From positions 23,624 to 87,623 of the forward strand of contig JBCCQA010000017.1 in assembly GCA_039024635.1 (NCBI GenBank): a stretch of 64,000 nucleotides of DNA, in the 5' to 3' direction. The translations under genes were made by a program, and so were the position numbers. Below the pieces are notes generated by a model. It was not told the origin of the DNA. It saw only the letters and a list, made by a program, of their open reading frames with translations, and searched no databases. Source of the DNA: Myxococcota bacterium (GTDB taxonomy: Bacteria > Myxococcota > Kuafuiibacteriia > Kuafuiibacteriales > Kuafuiibacteriaceae). Of this stretch, positions 62,850-64,000 are shown one piece after another (position 1 is the stretch's first letter; each line of letters starts with the position of its first letter).

Positions 62850-64000
62850 TCAGCTTCCTGGGCTCGGCGCGCCGTTCACGTAGTCGGCGGAGCTCGAGTC
62901 GACGCCGGTGACGCCCCCGACCAGCTGCAGCGAGTCCCCGCCCGTAGCCTGAGGGGCGAAGTCGAAAACGCCCGGTGCGGTCTCGGACCAGATCCCGGCC
63001 GCGACGGCAACGTCGGCTCTGTCGCCCGCTCCGTCGCTCGACCCCCAGCGTACGTAGTCGACAATGGTATCTGGATTGGCAAAGGCGCCCCCCCGGTCGT
63101 ACAGGCCCAAGCCCGCGACGTCGGCAATGTCTCGAGGAGACTCCAGGGTCAGGACCTCACCGGGTTCCAAGACCAGATCACCCCCGCCGATGATGGTCGC
63201 CGAGGACAGCGCGTCGTAGGCGCCCACCGCGAAGCAGAACTGCCAGCTCGATACGTCAACCGTGCCGGGGCCCAGGTTGACCAGCTCGACGAAATCTTGG
63301 CCCTGTCCGCCGAGGTAGCTGACCTCGCTCAGAGCAACGTCCCGCGCCAGGCCGGGGCCGATCAGTCGGTCGCCGAGGTCGATCTGCGCTCGAAGCTCGC
63401 CCGGCCGATTGGTTTCGGTGTGGATGTTCACGTAGAACTGAGCTTCTTGCAGGGCCTGCACGAAGTCTTCCGGCGTCGACTCGGGAGCGAGCTCGCTGTC
63501 CTCCACCAGATTGAAGCGCCCGTAGAGCACGCTCGCCCGGTCTTCTGGACCCTGGGACGGGATGGTCAGCGGATAGGCGATGGGGCCTGTTGCTTCCTCG
63601 AAGCTCTGGGTCGCCTGTCGGAGTCCGCGGTGGACGTGACCGGGGCCAAAAGGCGGTGCGGGCTCGAAGAGCGGGCCGCTCAGACCTTCGAAACTTCCGG
63701 CGATGGCGAAGAGGCCGTTCCAGACAGCAAAGACGACCCGGCCTTCCGCTTGGCTGTCGACCTGGACCGGAGGGACCTCCACGTCCGGCGACAGGGCCGC
63801 GATGCCGGACAAGTCGGCAGCGGGGTTTGGGAAGCCGAATGAGAGGGCCTGGCTCTCGTAGTCGCTCGGGCTGCTGAGCAGGTTCTCCTCGCCGCGGAGT
63901 AGAGATAGGGACTCAGCTTCTCCCTCTGCGGAGGGGACGAAGTCGCCGGCCGTCCAGAGGCCGGCCTGGACCGCCTCATCGAGGCGGACATTTTCGATCG
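62850..64000 (-). CDS. CHRD domain plus lamin-tail-domain (LTD) protein; 5' end outside the window
   Basis: Track ORF 62850..63812 starts at an internal TTG. I translated upstream to 63998 in the same frame and found no stop. CHRD-like FVQALQEAQFYVNIHTETNRPGELRAQI. LTD-like VALSEVSYLGGQGQDFVELVNLGPGTVDVSSWQF. Confidence 0.7.
   Translation of the reverse strand, partial: IENVRLDEAVQAGLWTAGDFVPSAEGEAESLSLLRGEENLLSSPSDYESQALSFGFPNPAADLSGIAALSPDVEVPPVQVDSQAEGRVVFAVWNGLFAIAGSFEGLSGPLFEPAPPFGPGHVHRGLRQATQSFEEATGPIAYPLTIPSQGPEDRASVLYGRFNLVEDSELAPESTPEDFVQALQEAQFYVNIHTETNRPGELRAQIDLGDRLIGPGLARDVALSEVSYLGGQGQDFVELVNLGPGTVDVSSWQFCFAVGAYDALSSATIIGGGDLVLEPGEVLTLESPRDIADVAGLGLYDRGGAFANPDTIVDYVRWGSSDGAGDRADVAVAAGIWSETAPGVFDFAPQATGGDSLQLVGGVTGVDSSSADYVNGAPSPGS

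Noticed and set aside
1-64000. CRISPR arrays, insertion sequences, integrases, prophage genes, rRNA/tRNA.
   Set aside because: I found no regularly spaced direct repeats, no transposase or integrase-like ORFs, and no rRNA or tRNA signatures while reading both strands. The only repeats seen are the short ones listed as features.

Overview
Visibly GC-rich, gene-dense bacterial chromosomal window. I recognised no rRNA, tRNA, CRISPR array, transposase or integrase. The many Hanks-type kinases, ECF sigma/anti-sigma pairs, a CHAT protein, a VPS10/BNR protein and a lipoprotein built from Myxococcus-type Cys-rich repeats point to a Myxococcota-like organism (inference only). Layout: (a) 1-9041, a tightly coupled operon with a haem oxygenase, a phycobiliprotein-fold globin, two V4R proteins, two 2Fe-2S ferredoxin modules, two Ser/Thr kinases and a pseudokinase. 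This is the most unusual content, and I read it as a candidate bilin/tetrapyrrole signalling system with no phytochrome. (b) 9.1-13.4 kb, VPS10/BNR protein and a beta-barrel OMP. (c) 13.7-23 kb, an ECF sigma factor and a four-gene OMF-MFP-RND-flavoprotein efflux operon. (d) 23.4-41.3 kb, a regulator-rich stretch with six AraC-type genes, including several decayed genes (AraC, LysR, OYE, DUF438), a CMD-CMD-DoxX fusion, a CHAT protein and an NO/O2-type cluster. (e) 41.3-54.2 kb, an iron-acquisition island (TonB-ExbBD, PiuC, FbpABC, flavodoxin, an in-frame chimeric remnant of a haem-uptake locus). (f) 54.4-64 kb, a two-component system, an MBL hydrolase, an ECF sigma/FecR-TPR anti-sigma/Cys-repeat lipoprotein operon, and a partial CHRD-LTD protein. 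The ORF track accepts GTG/TTG starts, so many listed N-termini are over-extended. Start codons below are my best picks. All family assignments come from motif recognition by eye, not from searches.
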